Origin: Eledone cirrhosa
Taxonomy: Eukaryota
DNA length: 64,000 nucleotides
Direction: 5' to 3'
Assembly (NCBI GenBank): GCA_964016885.1
Contig: OZ024741.1
Location: 179,118,001 to 179,182,000, forward strand
Shown here piece by piece: positions 13,501 through 25,385 of the stretch; the stretch's first letter is position 1, and every line of letters begins with the position of its first letter. Under the pieces are notes generated by a model, which saw only the letters and a program-made list of their open reading frames with translations, made no database searches and had not been told where the DNA came from. Both the position numbers and the translations under genes were made by a program.

Positions 13501-14017
13501 CAAAACGCCTGAGCAGGTTGGTGAGGCTCTTGCACCCTCCTCTCCTATCCGCTAATCCCACACAGTCCCAGCGTGCATCTAAAATCCCGTTCCAGTCGCC
13601 CACTAATACTAAAGAGCGGGACGTTCCAAGAAAGGTCTCCAGACGCCGGAAGAAATCAGGCCGCCCTGCTCCTGTCGGGGCATAGACGGCCACTAGCCTG
13701 AGAGCTTGCCCGTCTCCGCTGGTCACGTCCAGCACCACCAACTTACCTTCTGGGTCCAGGAAGATGGCCCGTATGGCGAGATCCAAACCTCTCCGAAAAA
13801 TCACAGCAACTCCTCCCCCCGAACCAGGACGGCTGGGAGATGCGTACACATCGTAGCCGCCGAAGATCGGTGCGAAGGCCCGTGCTTCGGATATTCTGGT
13901 CTCGCTGATGGCCACTACATCTATGTTTAGTTACCTGAGGTCGTTGAGAAGGTGGCCCTGCTTCCATGACGACCCCAAGCCACGCGCATTTATGCTGCCT
14001 ATTCTGAGTGAGGTCAT
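10586..14017 (-). pseudogene. Tx1 ORF2: APE endonuclease, reverse transcriptase, zinc-binding domain (stops and frameshifts)
   Basis: MTSLRIGSINARGL, ISET, VYAP, GDWN, SYLD, TDH; KSPGLDG, LDQSKAFD, VRQGCPLS, YADD; CPRC..ETVLH..C. Split across ORFs 12557-13915, 11456-12532, 10839-11540 and 10586-10807. Confidence 0.93.
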
Positions 14018-14049
14018 GTTGAAATGGAGTGGAAAAGATGGGAAAGACC

Positions 14050-15790
14050 ACTTACCTTACTTCTCGTAGAGGAAGGATGGTTTCTCCATCCTTTTCACTG
14101 CTTGTGGCCTCCTCCGGAAAGATGTCCTTATAAATCCTCCTGGAGAGTGCTTGTCAGAAGTCTCCGATGTCTTTGGGGAATTTTTTGTTTTAGTGTCGTG
14201 TACGTTTTCTGTGTGATGCGAGTGATTTGTATATGTAGAGGTGGTGTGAACCTTTGGGTTGTTGTGTAGTCTTTTTCTGTGATGCTGGTGTTGTGTTGGA
14301 TGTAGTGTAATAATTGGTTGTTGTTCAAATTTAATGCTGTGTAGTGTGTATCGTTTTGGTTGTTTTGTTTTGTTTGCGTTTGTTGTGGGTTTGTTTCTGT
14401 TTTGCTTTTTGGTGACTTTTGTGGTGTTGGTAATGGTGGTGTTGGGGTTAATGATGGTGATGGTGTTGGTGTTTGTGGTGATGGGGTTGGTGATGCTGGT
14501 GTGGACTGTGGCATATCTCTCCTAACTTTTTTGTTTGATAGTTTATTTGTTTCCCTCTGTATTTTGTTATTGGAGGAGGAAGGAAGAGATTTTTTTCTTT
14601 TTTCCTGATACCGTTTCCCACTCCTCGTCGTCACAATGTCTCCAGTTGTGATAGGTCGGGGAGTGGAAAATACTCCACATGCGTTGGTTTTGGTTGTGGC
14701 GTGGTGGATGGTGTAGGCGCTGGTGCTAGTTCTGACGCGTTGGTTGGTGGTGGTGTTGGTTTTGCTACTGTTGCTGAGGTTGTTGCTGTTACAGTTGCTT
14801 CTGTTGTTGCTGCTACAGTTGTTGCTGCCATTTCTGCTGCTGGTGGTGTTGATGGTTGAGTCACTGGAGTGGGTAAGAGAGGTGGCCTCAACCTTTTAGC
14901 CTGAGGGCAGAAAGCCCTTAGGTGGGTTCCTTCACCACAAACGACACAACTAGATCTTCTGCCCTCGACGATTACGGTGAGGTGGCTGCCGTCAGTGAGG
15001 TCTATTACCTCTGGGATCTCCTCAATGCTTTTTTGGTCCGCTTGGATCAGGAGCTCCATCCCAGATCCGGACCAGTTATCCTGCTTTTCTTTCGTTATTT
15101 CGATTATCTTGGTGTTGGCTTCGATGCCGGCGAGGACGGCAGCTATTAGCCAGGGAATTTCGATGGCCGGTGGAACGTGGGTCACCCTGATCTTCACGAG
15201 TCTCTGGCCACAATAGCTTGGGACGAGTGTGAAGTCGTCACTTCTTAATGGGGCCATGGAGTGTTCTCTAGCCTCCTGTGGTGTTTCAAAGAACACGTCC
15301 ACGGTTCCAAACTTCTGCCCACCTCTGATGGGGTTTTTTTTGCCCACACATGTCCCAAAGCTTTTTGGATTTGGGACACGGATGCCCGTTCCACTCGGCG
15401 CGATTTTATGTTAATCGTCCGATAAGACACGGTGCATAGGCACGGATGCTCCATTTTATTAGGTGGGGGTGAGGCTGACCCTGTACCCATCTTTCTTTAC
15501 CATTCTTTTGGCTTCTTCTAATTCCTCCTGAGTTACCTGGAATGCTTCGCACTTTTTTGCTACTCTGGCAAAAGACAGGGTGGTTTTCTTAATTTCATTG
15601 TTGCTGTTGTTGTTATCGTTATTTTTGTTATTGTTAATTTTAGTTTGAGTTGTGGCGGTGGTGGCGTCAGTGGTGTTCGGTGTGGAAGAGTTCATTTTGG
15701 GTGAATTCATTTCGATATCACGAGATAATTTATCTTTTTCTTTTGTTTCTGTTGTCGCTGTGGTGGTAGGGGGTGGCGGCTTCAACACCT
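14050..15790 (-). pseudogene. Tx1 ORF1 (gag-like, frameshifted)
   Basis: SFA.VA motif, RRM-like region, CVVCGEGTHLRAFC knuckle, P/T-rich linker. Confidence 0.82.
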
Positions 15791-16173
15791 GCAGTCATTG
15801 GTAATGGCGGGAAATGAATGTCTGCCTGTGACAAATTTAAAATATTGCTATTGCTTATATTTTTAGTGTTGCAAACGAAGTAATATTTACAATGGTGATG
15901 TCGGTGTGAGGTGTTAGTTTGTGAGGAAGGTGTGAATCTGAGTCGTCCATGATTTTTTCAAAGAAAAATTTTTTGTTTGATAATTATAAAAGTTTAAATT
16001 TTGGGCTCAAGGCCCCAATCTTTTTGAGTGTCCTTTTCAGATAACAATGTATGTGCACTTATATACAGTTAACAATAACAATTTTCCATAAATGGCAATT
16101 TTAAACAACTGAAAATAACAAACTTTTGCGGCGCTCACGATGATACGATTTACTACGTAGGTCGCCAATAATA

Positions 16174-16233
<60 letters not shown>

Positions 16234-16949
16234 ACAAAAAGAAAAAGAACTCTTAACATCCTACGTAAAGTACCTTCTTGAGACCAGGTAGAAAGAAAGA
16301 AAATATTTTCGTTTTCCTATCGTCAACATCTCCCATACACATGAACGAACACAAATAACACTACTACGACTATTCCACATCAAGTGCAGACGATGACTAT
16401 GATGAGGATGATCATGATGATTATCATGATGATGATGGTGGTGGTGGTGGTGGTGGTGGTGGTGGTGGTGGTGGTGGTGGTGATAATAACAATTAAAATA
16501 ACAATCTCGTCATTCGATTGAAAAAGTGGACACGCTCTCGTTTAGATATTCATGCTAAAAGACAAAAGAACAAATATATGATCGGCAAAAGAGCTTAAAG
16601 AAATTCTATAATGTTAAAGCAATCGAGCTGCAAGTAATTCTCTTTCTATATCCTTGTAAAGATAAGCATTACGTGGCAGACAATAAACATTGGCTCTACA
16701 TGTAGCAAACAAAAATAACAAAACGTGTGACTATCAAAGGGAATGTGACATGTTTTCGAGATACTATAACAAGGCTTCAGATTTATTTGAGAGGGAAGCC
16801 GAGATTATAACACGCTCGTGCCTTTCTCAAGAGCATTAGCAGCGTAAATGAACTGAAATGACTAATTGAAAATCGAAACCATATTATGAACTCGTTTTGC
16901 CAAAGGCTTATTAATACTTTAGGGCGCTCACTTAAATACAATTTCAGTA

Positions 16950-17115
16950 TTGATTTCTAGCATTGGCACAAGTCTTCAAATTTGAAGAATGGATGTAATC
17001 AATTATATCGACTCGATACTTGACTGATATTGTATTTTATCAACCCCGGAACGATGCAAGGCCATGTTGACCTCAGTGAAATTTGAACTCAGAATGTAAA
17101 GGGCAACAGCTATGA
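16950..17115 (-). mobile_element. Degenerate Nin/Deu-like SINE (similar decayed copies near 7590, 26140, 42340)
   Basis: TTTTATCAACCCC..ATTTGAACTCAGAATGTAAAG. Confidence 0.6.
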
Positions 17116-17229
17116 ACACTATGGAAGGAAGATTATCAGAGGGAAGACAGAGGTCATGTTAGGGGTGGGGGTGGGGGTACTCCTCAAAATCTAAATATTT
17201 CCATAAACAAACAGCTTCCCAAGCAAACA

Positions 17230-17650
17230 TATATGAGGAATAACTTTGTTGGGGCTGGGAAGCTGAACAGAGAAATAGAGACGAGTCTAGAAGGTAAACT
17301 CACTCAACTGTCAACTAGCACCTCTCATAAAGAACTGAAGGATATATATTAAGACCAACATCATACAGATCAACTCCATCTCCATATCAACCCTCACCTA
17401 CCAGTGCCAGACCTGGATTTTAAGTAGAACGCAGAAGTGAAAACTCACAAGCTGTGATATATCTGGCGAATGCCAGTAAAAACTAAAAAGAGCTGAATCA
17501 GAAACAAAGAAATTAGGCAGATGGTTGGTGCCATGCCTATAACCTGGTTCATAGCTCAATAATTAGCAAGATAATTTGATCACTTGATAAGAATGTCAAT
17601 TGACCAGCCGACCCTGCAAGCATATAACACTAAATGCTCGAACTTCTGAT
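17230..17650 (+). mobile_element. Degenerate RTE fragment
   Basis: PTLTYQCQTWILS..IRNKEIRQMVG. Confidence 0.55.
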
Positions 17651-17989
17651 CCAGGAGAATACCGTGGCACTACTACAGACCTGATGTCTTATTGCAAATC
17701 ATCAATTCCATCTCCTCACGACACTTTCCGGTAGTAATGCTTGAACCAAATGTGAAGAGCCGAAGTAAATATCACAAGATATTTATCCGATACTCTACCA
17801 AACTAATTGAAATGTTACAAGTATACCTTACGTCTCTTAAACAGGAATGAGCTTCATAGAATCTTATTTCTTTCTCCTATAAATGTATCGTCTTTATGAC
17901 TATGACATCAATACAGAATGAACCATATGCTTTATTTTTACCATAGAGAAAATATTAAATATATATGTGCGATTGTGAGTGTGTGTGTA

Positions 17990-18145
17990 TAGGGGGTGCG
18001 TGGCTCTGATGATCGCCAAACAGCATGAAAGAGATTTTTCGCCGAAAAGAAGTGACATAGTCACTACTTTAAAAACGATAGCGTATGGTCTTCTAAATGT
18101 TTTTAATTAAACATACGGTATATTGCCAAATATACTATACATACA

Positions 18146-18150
<5 letters not shown>
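17990..18150 (+). mobile_element. Short hammerhead-bearing element; related copies on the minus strand at 29455-29640 and 29770-29850
   Basis: ggct CTGATGA tcgccaaacagcat GAAA..TC gcc; shared tail TCTTCTAAATGTTTTTAATTAAACATACGGTATATTGCCAAATATA ending in (TA)n. Confidence 0.75.
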
Positions 18151-18178
<28 letters not shown>

Positions 18179-18268
18179 CGAAGGAGTTTTGGTAAGGAAC
18201 CAGATGGACCATAACGCACCAGAGTACTCAATACTTAGGGTAGTAGAGTGGGTAATAGGAAAATGTTT

Positions 18269-18365
18269 AACCCCGACGGCAGAGCTCAAGCTGTTTCGAC
18301 GGCTATTTCTGCACTAAATTAGAATTTTTAGCGTGGTAAATAAATAGCCGACTTTTCAAGGGGTA
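18269..18365 (-). ncRNA. Hammerhead ribozyme, U3A8 variant, extended stem II
   Basis: cccc TTGAAAA gtCGGCTATTT..AAATAGCCGtc GAAAC agc ttGAGCTCt gcc GTC gggg. Confidence 0.8.
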
Positions 18366-20247
18366 ATTCCTTATATGGGAAGATTGTAGTTGTCAAAAGG
18401 ATTGGTCAAAATTTCTTGTAAACACAATTAAATCTTTCATGGCAGTGGGTGGCTGGTGTGGGTGGCTGAATTTGCCTGTAGAACAATGAGGGAGTGGGTG
18501 GAGCCGGTCAAGCGTTGAAAAGGAGGATGTTGCAGCCATTGTCTACCCACCCGGGTCATGGGGTGGCGAGGTAAGTCCTACGCAATCGCTGTTTATATGC
18601 AGATACAAGTTCGTCTTTTTTGTTTAGGAATTGGTCCTTCGTAAACAGCATTTGTAATGTTTCCTCCGAGCATAAGTTACAGGGACGGCGTCCTCCTGTG
18701 TAGGAGTTAGCCCTGGACAGTAAGCTCCAAGTAAGATTGTATGTTATGTTATTATCTTGGAGGTCCCAGATGTGACCCGAAAGTGTAGTGGCATGTCACC
18801 TGTCCGGGTTTCGGAACGTATGTCGGTGTTGGTTGAACCGGGTCTTAAAGTCACAAGCGGTTAATTCTATATAGGCTTTGTTGGAGGTTTCCGTCCTCAC
18901 GTTGCATTGGTAGATCACGTTACGTTCGCGGCATCTGTTGTTGAGGGGGCACATAGATCTATCAGGACAGTTACACCTCCTGGTCGGCTCTCCACTAATG
19001 CCTGGGTTGTTTATTCCAAAGCGGTTGAGTTTCTTGTTGTTTGAGGAGGCGATGTTTTGTGCGAAGTTCGGTGTGGTGCTGTAGGAGAGTTTGATGGTAT
19101 TTTTGTTGATTATGTTGTGGTAGCGGTGTTGTGGTGGGAAGTGTTTTTCGGGGAGCCTAAAGAAGATTTTCCCGATAGGTGTTGCCACCTCAGCATTGTG
19201 GGGAGGGTTGAACCACGTTACGTGGCGTGAGCGGCGGCGTCGCCTGCTGGTTCCGCTAAGGTAAGCTGGATAAAAGGAGATTTCCTCCCCAAGCCGCTTC
19301 GCTTGAGGGCCTGGTTATAATGAGGCGCATGTTCATCGAATATCTGCTCATTATCGGACAAGCGAGATATGTGGAGGGAAATGCTTTTAACCAGGTTATT
19401 GGTAATGTTTCTAGGGTGGTTACAGCGGTGGTGGATGTAGTGCAGGTTGTCGTCCGTGTAACTTATGCTCGGAGGAAACATTACAAATGCTGTTTACGAA
19501 GGACCATCTCCTAAACAAAAAAGACGAACTTGTAATTGCATGTAAACACCGATTGCGTAGGACTTACCTCGCCCTCAACCCCCCATGACCCGGGTGGTTA
19601 GACAATGGCTGCAACATCCTTCTTTTCCCCACTTGCCGAACAAGATAGGGGAAACCCCAGCTAACATAGGTAGATGTACATCTTTTCTTTTCCTTTTTTC
19701 TTTTCTTCTTCCCTTTATCTCTTCCTATCACTTCCTTCCACTCCTTCTCCTCTTCCTTTTCCTTTTTCCTCTTTCACCTACCCCGAGCCAGCCCATCGGG
19801 CTTTTGTAGCCTCAGTACTCCTACCCCAGTAAATTATATATAGCATTGGCCGAAAACGCAATGCCAACTAAATATAGCAGCTGCTTTAGACTCTAGAGAT
19901 TGTTTTATTACTTTTTACTATTCAATTTTAATATTTTTATATATTTTTTTATTTATTTATTATCTTTTAATCTCAATTTATTTACCTTTTCTATAACGTC
20001 CCCTCTCTAATTTCTGCAGAATCCTTTTTCGCCTGCTTCCTAACTAGCCTAATTTCATACACACTCCTTAGAATTTGCTGTATAGAATTCACTTTCAACG
20101 CTTGACCGGCTCCACCCACTCTCTCATTGTTCTACAGGCAAGTTCAGCTACCCCCACCTCCCACCCACTGCCATGACAGATTGAATTGTGTTTACAAGAA
20201 ATTTTGACCAATCCTATTGACAACTACAATCTTCCCATATAAGAAAT

Positions 20248-20346
20248 TACCCCTTGAAAAATTCGGCTATTTATTTACCACGCTAAAAATTCTAATTTAG
20301 TCCAGAAATAGCTGTCGAAACGGCTTGATCTCTGCCGTCGGAGTTA
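20248..20346 (+). ncRNA. Hammerhead ribozyme, U3A8 variant (upstream pLTR copy)
   Basis: Same motif as 18269-18365; GAAAC GGC..GCC GTC. Confidence 0.75.
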
Positions 20347-20526
20347 ATCATTTTCCTATTACCCACTCTACTACCCTAAGTATTGATTACTCTGGTGCGT
20401 TATGGTCCATCTGGTTCCTTACCTCACCTTCATTATCTAGCTCCTACCTCCGCAGTACAGCACTTTCCGACCCTACCACGCCATATCCTGATTTTTCCAC
20501 CCAGCTCAAGTTTCATTACCCTCACC

Positions 20527-22610
20527 ATGCGAAAACACAATATCGACTTCTCCACCAAGAACATCCCAGTTCCACCGAGAAAACTTTACCTTCGGATGCT
20601 CACGCAAAATATCGATCTGTTTGCGAAAAGACTGAGATGGAGAACATTTTTCTACGATAGATACCGCGACAACCAGGACTTCGACACCAAAGAGAGATTC
20701 AGATTCAATATCTACAAATCTCCCCCCACCGAACCCTATGCTCTCACCCTTCGAGAACGACCTCTTCCACCTGGTCAAGGGTATAAAATTCAAACCCAGA
20801 CACAACCGATTCTTACAACAACTCACTCCGTAGCAAAATAACAGAGTATGAAAGCACCAACGAACCCTGGTGCATTCGGACAAAACTGGAAACCTATATT
20901 TCGTCAACATTGACAGATAGAACACACTGATCAGGAGCAGCCTGAACTGCACCTACAAAAAGGCTAACCATTCAATAATCGATGACATAAATTTAGATGG
21001 ACAACAAATTACCTCCAACCTCGGGGTCGCCGACCGCACTGAATCCCTCGATCCATGGACTCCCTACTTCACCCTGAAGGACCACAAATCCGACTTTGAC
21101 CGCAAACCATCCATCAGGCTTATAAACCCGACGAAGTCGGACATAGGGAAAATCAGTAAAAAGATGCTAGACCGCGTTATACCAAAAGTTAAGCAAAACG
21201 CGAGACTTAGCCTTTGGGTCAGCACCCAGGAAGTCATCTCATGGTTCAGGAATATTGAGGACAAACAGGACACCAAATTCATCCAGTTCGACATAGAGAG
21301 TTACTACGCCTCTATTACCTTACCGCTCTGTACGGCCGCCTTGGACTTTGCCAAAACACTCACACCCATCACCGACCAGGAAAAAAACATCATTCTCCAC
21401 ACCAGGAAGACAGTCTTCGTTTTCGACAACTCCAAGTGGATAAAAAAAAGCTCCCGGCTCCCCCTTCGATGTCAGTACGGGCGCGACCGACTCGGCCGAG
21501 GTGACCGACCTTATAGGATTATTCCTACTATATAAACTCACCGAAATGTTTCCTGCATTCGGCGGTGGATTGTACCGAGACGATGGGCTCCTTACCCTCA
21601 AAGGATACAACTCCAGTAGTACAGACCGGCTCCGTAAACGACTAATCAACTTCTTCCGGGACTGGGAATTTAAAATCACCCTACAAACGTCATAACCCGA
21701 GTCAATTTCCTGGACGTTACCCTCAACCTCGAAAATGATCTGTACTACCCATACAGGAAACCAAACGACAACCTGCACTACATCCACCGCCGCTCTAACC
21801 ATCCTAGAAACATAGTTTCACCGCCGCTCTAACCATCCTAGAAACATAGTTAACATGGTTTAAAACATCTCCCTTTGCAAATCTCGTTTGTCCGCTGAGC
21901 AGATATTCGATGAACATGCGCCTCATTACAGCCAGGCCCTCAAGCGAAGCGGCTTTCGGGAGGAAATCTCCTTTATTCCAGCTTCCCTTAGCGGAACCAG
22001 CAGGCGACGCCACAGCTCACGCAACGTTACGTAGTTCAACCCTCCCCCACAATGCCTAGGTGGCAACACCTATCGGGAAAATCTTCTTTAGGCTGCTCGA
22101 AAAACACTTCCCACCACAACACCGCTACCACAACATAATCAACAAAAACACTATCAAACTCTCCTACAGCACCACACCGAACTTCGCACAAAACATCGCC
22201 TCCTCAAACAACAAGAAACTCAACCCCTATGGAAGAAACAAACTAGACATTAGTGGAGAGCCGACCAGGAGGTGTAACTGTCCTGATAGATCTATGTGCC
22301 CCCTCAACAACAGATGCCGCGAACGTAACGTGATCTACCAATGCAACGTGAGGACGGAAACCTCCAACAAAGCCTATATAGGACTAACCGCTTGTGACTT
22401 TAAGACCCGGCTCTACCAACACCGACATACGTTCCGAAACCCGGACCGGCGATATGCCACTACACTTTCGGGTCACATCTGGGACCTCCAAGATAATAAC
22501 ATAACATACAATCTTACTTGGAGCTTACTGTCCAGGGCTAACTCCTAAACAAAAAAGACGAACTTGTAACTGCATGTAAACACCGATTGCGTAAGGCTTA
22601 CCTCGCCCTC
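20527..22610 (+). pseudogene. PLE RT + GIY-YIG endonuclease ORF (disrupted)
   Basis: FSTKNIP..KRLRW, DKTGN, FDIESYY.SI, YRDDGL, FLDV, SNHP, CNC.....CPL...C..NVIYQC..YIG.T..FK.R...H. Confidence 0.9.
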
Positions 22611-23260
22611 AACCCCCCATGACCCGATGGGTAGACAATGGCTGCAACATCCTCCTTTTCCCCACTTGCCGAACAAGATAGGGGAAACCCCAGCTAACAT
22701 AGGTAGATGTACATCTTTTCTTTTCCTTTTTCTTTTCTTCTTCCCTTTATCTCTTCCTATCACTTCCTTCCACTCCTTCTCCTCTTCCTTTTCCTTTTTC
22801 CTCTTTCACCTACCCAGAGCCAACCCATCGGGCTTTTGTAGCCTCAGTACTCCTACCCCAGTAAATTATATATAGCACTGACCGAAAACGCAATGTCAAC
22901 TAAATATAGCAGCTGCTTTAGACTCTAGAGATTTTTTAATTATTTTTTACTATTCAATTTTATTATTTTTATATTTTTTTTTTATTTATTATCTTTTAAC
23001 CTCAATTTATTTACCCATTCTATAACGTCCCCTCTCTAATTTCTCCAGAATCCTTTTTCGCCTGCTTCCTAACTAGCCTAATTTCATACACACTCCTTAG
23101 AATTGGCTGTATAGAATTGACTTTCAACGCTTGACCTCATTGTTCTACAGGCAAGTTCAGCCACCCCCACCTCCCACCATCCGCCATAAAAGATTTAATT
23201 GTGTTTACAAGAAATTTTTACCAATCCTTTTGACAACTACAATCTTCCCATATAAGGAAT

Positions 23261-23358
23261 TACCCCTTGAAAAGTTCGGCTATTTATTTACCACGCTAAA
23301 AATTCTAATTTAGTCCAGAAATAGCCGTCGAAACGGCTTGAGCTCTGCCGTCGGTGTT
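23261..23358 (+). ncRNA. Hammerhead ribozyme, U3A8 variant (3' pLTR copy)
   Basis: TTGAAAA..CGGCTATTT/AAATAGCCG..GAAAC GGC ttGAGCTCt GCC GTC. Confidence 0.8.
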
Positions 23359-23369
23359 TAACATTTTCC

Positions 23370-23920
<551 letters not shown>

Positions 23921-25109
23921 TTTATTTATTTATTCAGACATACATATAATCATACATAGACACACCCAAATACACAGACGAGCAAAGTCCCACATATCCA
24001 TATATATAGTTTAAAGTTTAGCACGTCGATTGATGTTATGTTCTAAATACAACTTCCTATCAACAACCAACTTTCTTTCCTATATAAACGATAAATATGC
24101 ATTTTGTACTTTTCTAAGAGTTTTAACAAGCACAGTTTAAAGATATGCATCTATAATTTAAACAACTTTATAGTTTATATCAAACAAGACAGCAACACGA
24201 TTATAACGCTAGAACGAATATGGAACGGAAGCATTCAACATATTACTTAAGTTCAGAAAGACGAGTTAACCATATGAAAAAAAATCAATGAGGAAAAACA
24301 TAGTTTCATAGTTTTGTTGATTCTGTTGTGGAAAATAAAAATATGCAATGAAGTAGAACAAACATCTTAACGATTAGAAAATCCTTTTTTAAGGTATTTC
24401 AGATGACTCAGGAAATAGTGGTTCAGACTAAACTATATATACTATAAGTAATATTCACATTTAAAGCCATAAATGTACGCTGTACGTTCGTCAAACGTAT
24501 GAATAAATGTATTAATATAGTTGAACAATAAAAACGACAGCGTGGAAGGAATTAGAGAATGATAAATATTTACCGGCACTGAAGCAATAAACTTACATCG
24601 TACACTACAAAGATAAACATCTGCCGCAGGCCACAACGATAAATATATACATCACGATAATATATAAGTCCGCCATCTTAAAAATTCTCCAAAATAACAA
24701 GCATTATGTATTAACCCAATACCAGCCTAAACAAGAAGTAAAATATGCATTAATAATTCGGTACATATATAAAAAAAAATAGCTATAATTTCTGAGAGCA
24801 AAAGCGATTAAATATTAGTCTAAAACTATATGTTTTATATTATTTCCCCACTGGAGTATATTACCAATCCAAATAACGTACAGAATGCTGATAAAACAAG
24901 ATAAAACTTTCCTAAATATATTATTAATGCAAAACAAATATTAAATAAAGATAACATATAAATTGCCCAAGTGATATAACGATTATTTAACATTCTTGTA
25001 CATTAACTTAGTAATGCTCTCGTCCTTACTCCTGTAAACATGTTGAAGTCAATGCTTCGCTGAAAATGGATATTAAAAGAAAGCGTTTATCCCAAGCACA
25101 AAGGCGTGT

Positions 25110-25385
25110 CAAATCAGAGCTTATCCCAGTTTCATTGGCGTTAAACGACTACTAGTACAAGAATCCCACTCCTTGAATGGAACAGTAGTTTGTAAAAGGG
25201 TCAAATCTCAAGTGAAGCTATTGGTACTTATTTTGTTTTGTGTACAGTAGATTGGAGCAATCTGAAATGAAGTGTCTTGCTTAAGAACACAGTGCGCCAT
25301 CTGAATCGAGAATCGAACGCAGAAGCCTTACGATCGTGAGCCCAACACCCAAACCACTAGGAGATGTAACTTCATAGGGGCGTGT
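25110..25385 (-). mobile_element. Degenerate Meta-domain-like tRNA SINE
   Basis: AAGTGTCTTGCTTAAGAACAC..GAATCGAAC is the reverse complement of the 1299-1415 motifs. Confidence 0.6.

Larger units (their letters stand above)
10338..16167 (-). mobile_element. Near-full-length Tx1 (L1-clade) non-LTR retrotransposon inserted in an (AAT)n tract
   Basis: ORF1 with CCHC knuckle, ORF2 APE-RT-Cys domain, 3' end AATAAAGAAATC; (AAT)n at 10280-10337 and (AAT)/(ATT)n at 16167-16232. Confidence 0.93.

Noticed and set aside
18796-18798. In-frame TGA in the Naiad-like GIY-YIG as possible selenocysteine (some Naiads encode Sec)
   Set aside because: The sister copy at about 22450 has CGA (Arg) at this position, so it is CpG decay; the Cys positions use TGT/TGC and I saw no SECIS.
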